Assembly (NCBI GenBank): GCA_050084985.1 | Contig: JBITNC010000001.1 | Coordinates: 188,170,001-188,234,000 of the forward strand | Direction: 5' to 3' | From: Nageia nagi | Taxonomy: Eukaryota > Plantae > Pinophyta | DNA: 64,000 bases | Shown: positions 49,549-62,100 of the stretch, piece by piece | How positions within the stretch are numbered: position 1 is the stretch's first letter | How the letters are laid out: every line of letters starts with the position of its first letter | Translations under genes and position numbers: made by a program | Notes under the pieces: generated by a model | Database searches by the model: none | Told to the model about the DNA's origin: nothing | The model's input: only the letters and a program-made list of their open reading frames with translations

Positions 49549-50970
49549 TATTAGGATAATACATTTGTTTTTATTATATTAGTTGTTAGTATCATTTTTT
49601 TGTTAGTTTGTTTTGTTACAAAGAAACAATAAGTATTTAAACACATCTCTTGTAATACAATAACATCAAAGTCTTTCATTTCATTATGATATGGTATTAG
49701 ATCTCTTCGCATACGAAATTCCTCTCTTGCTACCAATAAGCCAATAGGGGATTTGTCCTTGCGAAGATCTAGTGCGTGTGCTTATGGATCTCATGATATA
49801 CTAAGGAGTTGATTACCTCGATCATGTGTAGTGCACAAGGTGAAAAGACTTGTTGCTGCTATGGGTTGACTTGCTTGTGCTCTTTGAAGGTGCTTGATGT
49901 GATCAATCATCATGAAGAAGTGTGTGAGCTACCATTCAGATCTAACCTATGAGGCGTGCATTTGAGACAATGAATGAGGAGAATGCATTAACAACATTGT
50001 GTGTGGAGAACAAGGTGTGTTTGGTGAGGGCGTCCAAATGCTTGAGAAGTGCAGGCAATGAGAGAGATTGTGTAAGAATTTGTGGTGCATGGTGTAGACT
50101 GTTAAGTTATATGATTGTTGTGAACGTGCAACCTGTTGTTTGTGAGGGGATTGTTTGACATAAATTTGAAGCAATGTAGGTGTTGTAGATTTGCATTTGC
50201 GGATTGTGAAGGAAAGAAGATGCTTTGTAGTGTATAACGGTTCAAGAGACTTGCATGTTTATTTTTAATGGACTGAGGAGGTGATTACAATGCTTGACTG
50301 TTGCACAAGCCTACATTGTATTGCCTTCTAAGATAATGCATCCCAAACGTGAAGGAAGGCTTGTGTATATGATTTCTTGATATTTGTGTACAAATGGCAC
50401 AAGCTCCTAAAATTCTCCTTCCTAATTCTCAATTCTTGAAAGGAGATAATTATGCATCTTGGAAGACGAAAATTCTTAAGGCTTGTGGGACATTATTGAT
50501 GGGAGTAAGAAAGGTCCACAAGTTGTTGGAGAACAACAAACTGAGTTTGATTAACACATCAAAAAGGTGCATATGGTCATCCTTCTTGGAATTTCAGATG
50601 ATGTTCAACCCATGTACATGATTCAAAAGATGTTGTTGATGCTTGGAAGAAATTGTAGCAAGTGTTTGAATCAAATAATCAAAATCAAATTCTTCAAGGA
50701 TAGTTACACACTTTGAAATTGAAAGGTGGATAAAAGTTGGAATTTTTCTTTGTCGAGTTGCAAAACTCCATGCCTCTCTACAAGCATTAGGAGAGAAGGT
50801 TGAAGACATGCTCCTTGTACCCATTGCCTTAAGAGCACTTTTGAAGTCATGTACCACATCTTTTTGACATCTTTGAACATCACATAACAAAAGCTAAAAT
50901 TTGAAGAATTGGTGAATATGCTACAACAAGAAGAAGCCTTCCATGAGAATTGCAATAAGAGAAGCATCCC
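49549..50970 (+). mobile_element. 5' remnant of a copia element (short LTR, PBS, gag)
   Basis: Degenerate PBS TGGTATTAGATC at 49692 after an LTR-like segment of about 140 bp. Gag MAQAP...LKGDNYASWKTKI from 50394. Confidence 0.6.
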
Positions 50971-50978
50971 ATGGTGTC

Positions 50979-51349
50979 TTTTTTTTTTATATATAGGGTA
51001 AAAACAAGGGTTTTGGAAGGTCCCCAAACTTTTTACAATCTTATCATTTTCAATGAGCACATCACAAAATGATCAAAACATAAGCATATAAAAGGACCTC
51101 TGTGAGAACCCTTTACAAAAACACCCATTAAATACTATGTAAGAATTAAAACAAAACATTGTGATATCCTTGGAGAGCTCCTCCTCAAGTATACCCCTCG
51201 GGCTCCTTCCTTTGGCTTCTTCTAATTCAATCTGGATTCAATGCCACTACAACCAACTAATACTCCTCGAGTGATCATTGGTTTGCTCTCCTCGGTTTGA
51301 ACATGCGCATCCTTTGCTGGGATAAAGTCTTCATCATCTCCTCCATTCG
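50979..51349 (-). mobile_element. 3' end fragment of an L1-related element (poly(A) plus terminal stem-loop)
   Basis: Poly-T at 50979-50988, then GGTAAAAACAAGGGTTTTGGAAGGTCCCCAAAC, matching the terminus at 28627-28677. Cut by the LTR at 51350. Confidence 0.55.
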
Positions 51350-52262
51350 TGTAGCGAACTTTGGCTTAACGCACTCCTTTCCACACATAAAATTAGGACC
51401 ATTTTTTTTAAGATACACCAAATTTGACATTATCAAAGGACAATAAAACGATCCACATTTAGCTGCATATCAATGGCCAATTGACACTCAAGTGGGTTAT
51501 GTTGATCACTTCCTAGGTTGATCAACTCCTTTCATTTTTTGGACTTCACCTTCCTAACTCTTTGCGGATTAGGATGGATGCATAAATGTAATCCCTCCAT
51601 TACCACCGCTTCATCCGTAGTCAGTCATTTGATCAAAATGTTTGGGTTTGGTTTCATCTTGGGGACCATATCACCCAAGATAGCACACTTCCAAGATTAT
51701 CACCACTTGATGAGAAATCAAAATTATTCATCATCACCCAATGATAATTCTCCACATCAAATGATGTGGATATAACAAAATTGCCCTTGGAATAGTTGTC
51801 ATCTCCATTCACTACATTGTGAAAGAAGAGATGACTGCAACATATATCTTCACCCAACATAGTTCAAATTATGCAACTACTATTCCTTATCTTGAAATAT
51901 GAAGACTAACACGCCCATATCTATTGGCTAGCTCCACCAGTGGTTTGAACCCTCATGCCCATAACTTGAGGATTCAAATGTATTTAAGAAGTAAATATTA
52001 CTTCTTTATCATAATGCTTGTTTTTCATTTAAGTTTATTTTAAGTTGATTGACCACACCTAGTCCTTGACATCACTCTCATAATAAACGATTAACATATT
52101 TTACAATGTTTAGTAATATAAAGCACCATAAAGAATATTGATTTCAAAAATTAACCATGATCTTCAAAACTATATATAACAAGATAGCATAAAGCATTCA
52201 TTCTGAACATAATTAAACGTTTACGGAATTAAAACATACTTTTTTATTGTATACAAGGAATA

Positions 52263-52415
52263 GTAGGGGAGTTGGAGAGAAGGGTAGCCAAAAACTCTCA
52301 AGTGGATAATGAGAGGCTCAGGTTCAAATCTTCCCCCTCACTTGTAGGTGAATATGTAACATATGGTGGATGTCAATCCCTTGCATAAACTTGTAACTCA
52401 TAAAAAAAAAAAAAA
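52263..52415 (+). mobile_element. tRNA-derived SINE
   Basis: Box B GGTTCAAATC (52321) and a weak box A; poly(A) at 52402-52415. 17-bp TSD ATT(G/A)TATACAAGGAATA. Empty site in the sister LTR near 58248-58264. Confidence 0.88.
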
Positions 52416-55400
52416 ATTATATACAAGGAATAAAAGCATTTCATCATTTAATAATAAACTATAATGTTTCAAAACAAACAAACCTATACTTAAGTTTTCT
52501 ATTTGTAAGCATTTATTATACACGTATGTTAAAACCAAAAAGCTATTACTTTATAAGTTTTCCACTTGGATGAATGTAGTAACTGATCAAGAGACCTACA
52601 ATTACATAGTGACTCTTATAAAAGGAGTGCTATAGTTGTGATCTCATATGATCAAATATTTTGATGAAAAGTCATTTTCCTATTGTAGTTTTTGTTTAAT
52701 ACTTAATTATTTATTTTATTATTACTTAAGACTATACCTCTCAAGAACTTTTATGAAAGATTGATGGTATTTTCTACCCAAGTGTCATTAACGATCATCC
52801 ATTGGCTACAAGTCTTATCTTTAATGCCTAGGTATCATATGTCAATAACACCATTTATTATTAATGTAAAGCACCATTTAAATATACTTTTTTACTACAT
52901 TTCACAACATTATAAGCAAGTATGAGAAAGTAAATAAATCATGCCTTTTCATTTCACAACCTAAATAAAAGGATAAATGTTATCCAAAATGTTTTCAAAG
53001 ACATTACAAACAATTGAAATCATATAGGATATTTCCTATTCTATAATTATCTTGTATTCATATCTAAATCCAAAGGACACTACTGTTGTTTTTAACTTAG
53101 ATCCATATGCTTCTTAAATAATATCAAAGGAAAATTTAAATTGATCACATATTAAACACTTAAATTCCTATTTGAGCATAGTCTCGTACATATATCATAA
53201 TGCATAAACTTATATCATTTGTTTATCATACCCTTCAATCTCAAGTAAGTACTCAATAATCATTCACCACTTGACATCAATATTGATTATTGTGAGAAAT
53301 TCATGATATCAACTTAGGAAGCAAAACTCACAGGCTATTGGTCGCATCCAACAATCATTTTATTATTTCAAATGCATTAAGTCACATCATAGTGTATTCC
53401 TAGCATTATATTATCTAGAATACATAAACTAAAATGTATCATAAAACAATTACATAATGATCTTGAATTCCTTTTTGTATGGAGAAGTTCTTCCCTTGTT
53501 CTTCTTGAAGGAGTCTTAAGGATCATTGGTCTTCTCGATCTTCAAAGAGATATGTGTCGAAATCATTACATCATATAATACTAAATACTCTTGTAATATT
53601 TGGTATACATTTCAATATCGCTTACTAGTGAAGGTTTCCATAGTGTTTTATTTGGTTAAGCTTTATATGTAGCTTTATCTTTTTTATTAATATTAAATGA
53701 ACATCGCATGCATTATCACTCACCTTGATAATACATTCGACATTTATAGATTGATCTCAAGGAGGTCATAGTCAACTTCATGACTATTCCTGGATCATGG
53801 TATCTAAACTTAGCCATCCTAAAGATAACATCATTATCTTTTATTAAATCATGAGAATATGTGTTATTATCTTTTCAAATCTTGTATAGCTTAGAAATTA
53901 ATCCTTTTCACAAGCAAATTCCTTTAGTCTTCTTGTTCATGACAACTTATAAAATGACATATTTTATGATACTATTTCATTAAAAGTGAAACATAGCATT
54001 GTGCATTTATACTTAATGATTTTCACAGTTATCATATCTTACTATACATTCCTAGTTCATCCATTAAAAAGTATTATGTTCTAACTTACTACCATAGTTC
54101 TAATTAGATCTAGGAAACTACTCATCTCTAGTATCTCTTTGTTGATGTATGAAATTCAAATTCCAATAATGTTTTTTACGATTAAGGTTCCTACCAACAT
54201 GTAACTCAACATCTTAAGCAAGATTCTCATCATTACTCCATTTTTCATACTAACTTTAATATCAATGGTAAAAAATATTAGTAGTTAAGTAATACCCCTA
54301 TTACTTAAATATTTCCATTTTAATCTTCATTTTGTTGTTCCTCAAATAAAATATGAAGTAATATCCCTCTTGACTATATCCATCTTAACACTTATTTTAT
54401 TGTTGTTCAAACAATAAATATATAATAGATATAAATATTTAAGTAATACACTTATGTATTCCCATCTTAATCTTTCTATCATTATTTTCAAACCAAATTT
54501 ATATATAAATAATAAATAAATAAACTTGTATGTGTTCGAATTGAGTTAAACAATATCCATCCATAGATTTTATACAAATCAGTTTATATGCTATTTTGCA
54601 TATCGATTTACAAAAAAAAGAACAACCTCTGTTATGGAGAACAAGAACCACAATAATTTTTCTTAGGCAATATGATGGAAGCAAATAAATATATTTTTTT
54701 ACATAGAGATACAACATGATATATTATAGAATATTTCATGGGGTCGGATTAGGACTGTTATATGGTCTCAAATTCATCAATTTAAAATGTGTGTATATAT
54801 CAATTCCATAAGTGGCGATTCAACATAGATATTCTTACAATTGTGCATCAGTGACATTCATATCGATGTGGAGATTATCATTTTGGTGGATAACTACTAG
54901 AATTGTTGTGTGCTATGCAAACGCAATCAATAAAAGACCACTACCTTCTAAAGCGACAAAAAAAGGGTCTGATGACCATCTATTTCTACCTCTCTTAAAT
55001 TTCAATTGCAGGGACTGAGTGTGATGTGAAGAAGATTGATTTTACAAAAAGAAGCGAGAATTTTGGAAGAGGTGGCAACGTGAACCAACTTCCTAATGAT
55101 AAGACTATGGAAACAAAAGATTGTTACAAGCTTTTTCCTTTTCTCAGGATTTTTATTGCAAATATAATGTGAGAAGAAATAATCATTTTTCTATCCTAGG
55201 AAAATGCGATGAATTGGAAAATAAAAGATATAAATGTGGGCACCATAGACTAAAAGTGCCCTATTTTCATGAACAGGCTAACATAATGTGTAACAGGGTA
55301 TTGGACAACACATGCTATGGATCCAAACATAACTCAACACTCTACAAGCTAGACACAAGGATCTTCTGAAAGACACGAACTTATTTTCTAAGGGAATCCC

Positions 55401-56248
55401 TTAATCTGAATACCCATCAAAAGGGCAACGAGTAAAAAATTCTCATTCCAATTTCGAAGAGGAGTCGAGCTAGAAAAGAACAAACATGCTAGTTATAAAA
55501 CTGAGACTTTTTCCATAGTAGAATACTATATGAATCAAATCTATGGTTTATGTTGTAAATAATAACTTGATTGCAAATAGTAAATCAATAAAAAAGTAAA
55601 AGGTAAATTTATTAACGTTCTCTATAGATCAGCTGATCTACGAGATGAACAATTGTAGTAAGCTATTACATAGCCTATATGTCTCAAAACTTCGTAATCC
55701 CTTCTAATTTCTCCTTGTTCCTTCCCTTTGGACTCTTATTACAAGAAACTTCATTTGATGGCTTATTCTGTACTCAAAATTATTCCCTCAAATGGGCTTG
55801 TGTCCACTTTTTGAATTCCAAACGAATATAAAATACCCCTCTCCATACAAAAGGGTTTCTTATAGGGTAAAATTTGAACAATACTTTCAAGGTAAGGTAC
55901 TATTCAAAGGTCTCCATAAATAGTAAGAATTTGGAAACTACCTCCAAATAAAATAGTATTCTAGTTTACCTTATGTCATCCTTCTAAGTCAAGCAAAACA
56001 AGGTAGTAGACCAATGAAGTTATACCCTTTCTTTTATTTTCTCCACTAATTGAAAGAAGACAATTTTCCAAAAGTAGAGAATATTGGTATTTGTACTTAA
56101 GACAAAAATATCCCATTATCATGAAATTATTGTAGGAAGAATAAAGTAAAAGTAGTATAAATATTTTATACCATTTACTCTTACACAATAATTATATATA
56201 TTAGTATTGATAGAATAGATATCTATTATAACATAAACTATGTTATAA

Positions 56249-56250
<2 letters not shown>

Positions 56251-56327
<77 letters not shown>
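56251..56327. repeat. (TA)n microsatellite
   Basis: Long TA run. Confidence 0.95.
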
Positions 56328-56332
<5 letters not shown>

Positions 56333-58438
56333 TATAATAGATGTTTTAAATAAATTTATTATCATATCATTCATATATATATATATATAATTCTATCTTT
56401 CCTAGTATCTTACACATTACAAGGTGAGAAAAAGTCCATAACATGGGGATCAAAGGATAAAAAACACATCTATACCTTGTCCCCATGCTCAACGATCATT
56501 GTTTTTCAATGATCAATCTCCCTTGGTTGACTTGGTCTTGCAAGACACCAAACTTGAAACCAACATCATATCCTCATAAAATTATCAATTAATCACCACA
56601 ATATAAATGCAACATTGTTGTAGGACATCATGAATTGGTTGGGTTGTTACATACTCCCCCCTTAAAAACAACACAATCCTCTGTGTTGTAATATTAATGC
56701 ATGTTATATAGTCATTTATTCAAATTGGATACTATCTAATCATCCTAGACTATTCAATTGTAAACACATATAAGAAGATATCCAATACTTATAAATAATT
56801 AATACGAAAGTTTCAGTGATTAGTATCATTCATAATTGCATTAAATAAACCCTACAAGCATATAAGATAATTATTTAAACATATTTTGAAGTAAACAATA
56901 CTAATAGTCCCATTTAATTTCCTATTTTCATGATATCTTGGTTCTAAAAACTAGGACTTAATAGGAAATTTTACTGGTTTTCCAAGTTTTCCATAATAAA
57001 ATTCTCTAAATAATATAAAATGGAAAAGCAATCAATGATTCAAGAAATTCTACAAAATAGAAATCTAGTATTCAAAATAATTTTATAAGGTGAATTTTTA
57101 AAAATAGGTTGATATTTTCAAGAAACCATATAAAGTTCACTTATGATAATTGATTAACGATTTTTCCTAAGCTCATGTCGAGTCTTTTCACATATTTCGA
57201 TTCTAATCATCACCCGATTGTCCAAATTTTTGTAAATAAGGGATGATTATACCTCTTTATAAAGTTGAGTTAGGTTCATGAGAAGGCTTGGTGATGAACT
57301 TTGTTTTTGCTCAAAGTACCTTCACATCAAAATGTTGGACCATAGGTCCAAGATTTTGAACTTGAGCTCTGATACTAATATAGAGAACCCTCGCTAAACA
57401 CACTCCTTTTTACACATAAAATTAGGATAATTTTTTTTTTATGATACACTAGATTTGATATTATGGAGGGACATTAAGACGATCCACATTAAGCTTCATA
57501 TCAATGGTCAGTTACTCAAGTGGGTTAAGTTGATCACTTCCTAGGTTGATGAACTCCTTACACTTTCTGGAGTTCGCCATTCTAACCCTCTGTAGATTAG
57601 GAGGATGCATAAATGTGATCCCTCCATTACTACTACTTCACCCACAATCAATCATTCAATCACAATGTTAGGGCTTGGTTTCATCTTGGGGCCCATATCA
57701 CCAGAGATAACACACTTCCAAGATTAATCATCATCACCCGATGATAATTCTCCACATCAAATGATGTGGGTATAACACAATCTCCCCTAGAATAGTAATC
57801 ATGTCCATTCACTACAATATGAAAAGAAGAGATGAATGCAACATATGTCTTCACATGAAATAGTACATATTATACGACTACTATTCCTTATCCCAAAATA
57901 TGAAGACTAACTTGCCCATATCTATTGGCTAGCTCCACTAGTGGTCTGGACCCTCATGCCCATAACTTGAGGATTCAAATGTCTTTAAGAAATAAATATT
58001 ACTTCTTTATCATAGCGCTTGGTTTTCATTCAAGTTTATTTTTAAGTTGATTGACCACACCTAATCCTAGACATCACTCTTGTAATAAAAAAATAACATA
58101 TTTTACAATGCTTAGTGATATAAAACACCATCAAGAATACTGATTTCAAAAATTAACTATGATCTTCAAAACTTTATATAACAAGACATTGTAAAGCATT
58201 CATTTCAAACATAATTAAACCTTTATAGAACTAAAATATACTTTCCTATTGTATACAAGGAATAAAAGCATTCCATCATTTAATAATAAAATATAATGTT
58301 TCAAAATAAACAAACTTATACATGGGCTTTCTATTTGTAATCATTTGTCCCACATGTATATTAAAACTAAAAAGCTATTACTTTATAAGTTTCCCATTTG
58401 GATGAATGTAGTAACTTGATTGTTTACTTTATTATCTG

Positions 58439-59182
58439 TTTTTAGTAATAGGTAAAAAAGGGGTTTTTTTTTATACAGGGACTAAAAACTTGTATCAAAT
58501 TTCAAATATTTTCAATAGCAGTCTATATCTAATCAAAGTATGCAACTCTAATAAGCATCAATCTTGTGTATCTGGTAGCCCTTATATCTATTCAACAGTT
58601 TCATTGAACTTTTCAATAACTTGGATTAATAAGAATTGGATCATTTTCTGACTTTGTGAGACTTGTTCTTGCTTGGTTTCTCAGGCAGTGTCTATTTCTC
58701 ATTCAGAGTCAAAATATTCGAAAATAAATTTCTGCATTTTAGACTTCAAAGATAATATCTTTTGGAGACATCATCTTCTTGGTTTTTCGTTTGCTAAACA
58801 TCATCTAGAGTTTCATGATTTTCTTCCATTGACTATTTCTTAGCAATATCCATCTTGCGATTGGGGTCCCAATGAAGTAATCCCAATTGAGTTAGTCCAT
58901 CCTCTATGGGGTATTGAAAAATCTATTTGATTCATAAACAACATTAGGGCTTTTTCTTCTTGAAATGTACTTTTCCATATGGGGTGTTTCCTTCAAAGAT
59001 GGATTCGTTGTGCAGTTCCCTTTAGTAGGGGAAGCTTCCTTAGTGCTAGTTTCCATTGGGAAACCTTGATCGGATAGGGAAGCTAAAGGATTTTCCTCCC
59101 TATTATCACCTTGCAGGTTTGTTTCTGGTGATATCAAAATTGATAACCATTGTTTTTCTTCATCTGCTTGATCTTTGGTTCT
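58439..59182 (-). mobile_element. 3' fragment of an L1-related element, cut by the Tat LTR at 59183
   Basis: Terminal motif GGTAAAAAAGGGGTTTT...GGGACTAAAAAC resembles those at 28641-28677 and 50997-51029. Upstream low-complexity reading frames with no RT motifs. Confidence 0.45.
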
Positions 59183-62100
59183 TGTAGATATGAAATAATG
59201 CAGAATGCAATAAAAATGACACTACTTCTCTATAACTCAAATATTGAAGTATATATTTGAAATATACCAAGTATGACAATAATAAATAATGTACTTTATC
59301 AAATCCAACTATGCCAATTATAATCAACTCCTTCGCACAATCACAATACACACAATCATCAAAATAATGATGTTGACATCCTTAGAGTTAGCCCATCACC
59401 GATGTCACAAAACATTCAAAACAAGGTGTGCAAACAAAAATATGAAAGATATAACGAAGGGATAATAATAGATTTATGGATAGGTGGTATTACAAAATAC
59501 CGTTATTGTTCGGATGTATGGTATGCATGAAGTCTCCTATCTGGTTGATGATGATATACTTATATATGAATCTTTTCCTTTGATATTCTTTTATAGCCAT
59601 GTCTGGATCTTTTCTTTGTCTTGGTATCATCACATATTACATAGTTTATGGTGCCTTCATAGGCATTTGATACCACTTACATTGTTTGATGGTGCTTTTA
59701 CATTAATTACATTACCTTGGGTGTATTTCAACCCCTTTTAAAATAAATATCCCTTGATATAATAAAAATGAATTATTAATGAATGAGAATTCATTTGTAA
59801 ACATCTACATTTTGCCCCTCTTTGGAGATGTAATGAAATACATGGAGTTACATATCCAAAGAAGTAGAGTAGAAGAAAATTTTGAGAACTTTGGACTCTT
59901 TATACAACAACATGATCTTCTGATGTAGGCCCTTTCACTATTCCCTTTTGGTTTGGTTTCTCCACGAAATCTTCTTTATTGGTGCAACTAAGACAAAATA
60001 TCATTTCACTTTGCCTGTTGTTATGCTCCAAAATAAAATCAACTACTTCATATTTTTGCTTGGAGTTTGATGTTTTAGCATCCATGTCTAGATATAGAGG
60101 AGGTTTGTTTGAATCTTTAGATTTTGTTGAGACATATTGAATGATGTTAATGACATGTTATCAGTACTTTGAATGACATGGATGCTTTGAGTTCCTGATG
60201 ATTTTTATTATTTGTAGAATAAAGCCAAATTAGAAAATACCTTTTGATACAAGATTGCATTAGAAATGAAGCAGACGTTCAGATACATAGCGAGATGCAT
60301 CATCCATTGGGCATGAGCCAATGTCAACATACTCACTTATAGTTGTATCGTTGGTTTACATGTAAGTGCATGAACTCTCACTAGCTATTTCGTTGGCCAT
60401 CAACAATCAAGTGTTTTATGTCCCTGATCTAAAGACATTATGCTTTTATGGCTATAAGCATAACCATATTTAAGTGATTACATCATTGGTTTTTATTTAA
60501 GTGATTGAACTCTCACTAACCATTTTGTTGGCCATCGATGATCAGGTATTTTATATCCTTGATCCGAAGACATTATGCTTGCTATTTTTGTGTTTTTTTA
60601 TTGCTATGTAAAATTTACAGTGTCAATGATGTGCAAGCAGGAAATATAGTGCTGACATCATTTTAAAATAAAAAAATAAAACATAAAATTTAAAAGCAAT
60701 ATGTATTGTACATGCACCTTAGTTGGATGCATCTTTAGTTTTTGAGGCACGAATCCATCCATTTCATGCATAGACACATTTAAGGTGAGTGGAATTGAAT
60801 ATTTTTTATTCTTCTTTGCCATCCATGGAAGATAAATGTATGCAGCTAGTCCTACAGATTCTATTACAACAAAAGATCCCAACCAATTTAGGTCAAATTT
60901 CCTTTTAACCTTATCATTTGTAGTAGTCTTGTTTATGTTTTCTTTTCATACCAAGTCTCCCACTTAGAATAGTTTTGGTTTGATCTTCTTGTTGAATGCT
61001 CTCTTTAACTTTCCATGATATGCTTTTTGATGTTCAATAATATGAATTCTTTTTTCATTAAGAGCTTCTAACTGCTGTAACCTTACTTTTTGAACATCTT
61101 CATCTTGTATGTATCCATGTAATGACATTCTCAAAGATGGAATCTCAAGTTCTAATGGCACAACAACTTCATCACCATAAACCAATGAGAATGGAGTTTC
61201 CCCTATTGCAGTGCTTACATTTATTCTATATGACCATAATGCATAAGGCAATTGTTCATGCTAATCTCTTTTGTATTTGTCCCATGTTTTTGATAATATG
61301 ATCTTTATTGTCTTATTGGATGCTTCTACTTATCCATTTCCTCATGGATAGTAAACCGAAGAAAACTTTTGGTTAATGTGAAACTTTTTGCAGAAAGCTT
61401 TCATATCCTTACCTTTGAAGTTTGTTCCATTATCCATGATCAATTGTTGTGAGACATCGAACCTTGTGATGATCTTCTCAATTAGAAATTTTATGATCTT
61501 TTCTTTTGTACTAATTTCATTAGAGATGCCTCTACCCATTTGGTCATATATTCTATTGCTGTAATGATGAATTTGTGCCCTTCTTTAAAGTGCAAATTTA
61601 TCAAAATAATTGTATCAATGCCCCAAATTACAAAAGGCAATGGTGACACAATCGAGTTTAGTTCTTGTGTTGGTTGTTTCTCAATCTTTGCATGTTTCTA
61701 GCATTATAGGCAAGTTTTGACATGATCCTTGCAATCTTCCTCCATTGTTGGCTAGTGATACCCTATGTGCAAGAGCTTTGTATATAGTTCTTTTGCATAG
61801 AAGTACCTTTCGAGTGTTGTTTCTATTTCATGATGCATTAGAAACCTCAATAAAGCTCCATCAAAGGATTTCTTGCATAATATATCACCAATAACGACAT
61901 ATTTAAGAGATAATCTCTTTAATCTTACTTTCTCATTTCTACCAAAATGTGCCTAAATGGTCTGATCTTTGAGATAAAGATAGACATCTCCAACCAATTT
62001 GGGCAATCCCCTTCTTGTGTTATGCAATAAACCTCCACTTCTTCTTCTTCATATAAGCAAGATGGATGTCTTAGCTTTTTTATTTTAAGTATTATTTCCT

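Larger units (their letters stand above)
51350..58416 (-). mobile_element. Non-autonomous large-LTR retroelement (Tekay-like signals) with about 0.73-kb non-coding internal region; 5' LTR interrupted
   Basis: 51350-52583 is duplicated at 57379-58416. Reverse PBS GAGCTCTGATACTA at 57364-57377. Reverse PPT plus LTR start (AAGGGGGGAGTA-TGTAACAACC) at 56642-56664. Confidence 0.75.

Noticed and set aside
54812-55369. Short ORFs as a possible captured gene inside the large LTR
   Set aside because: No motif recognised in the frames examined; cannot be supported without a search.
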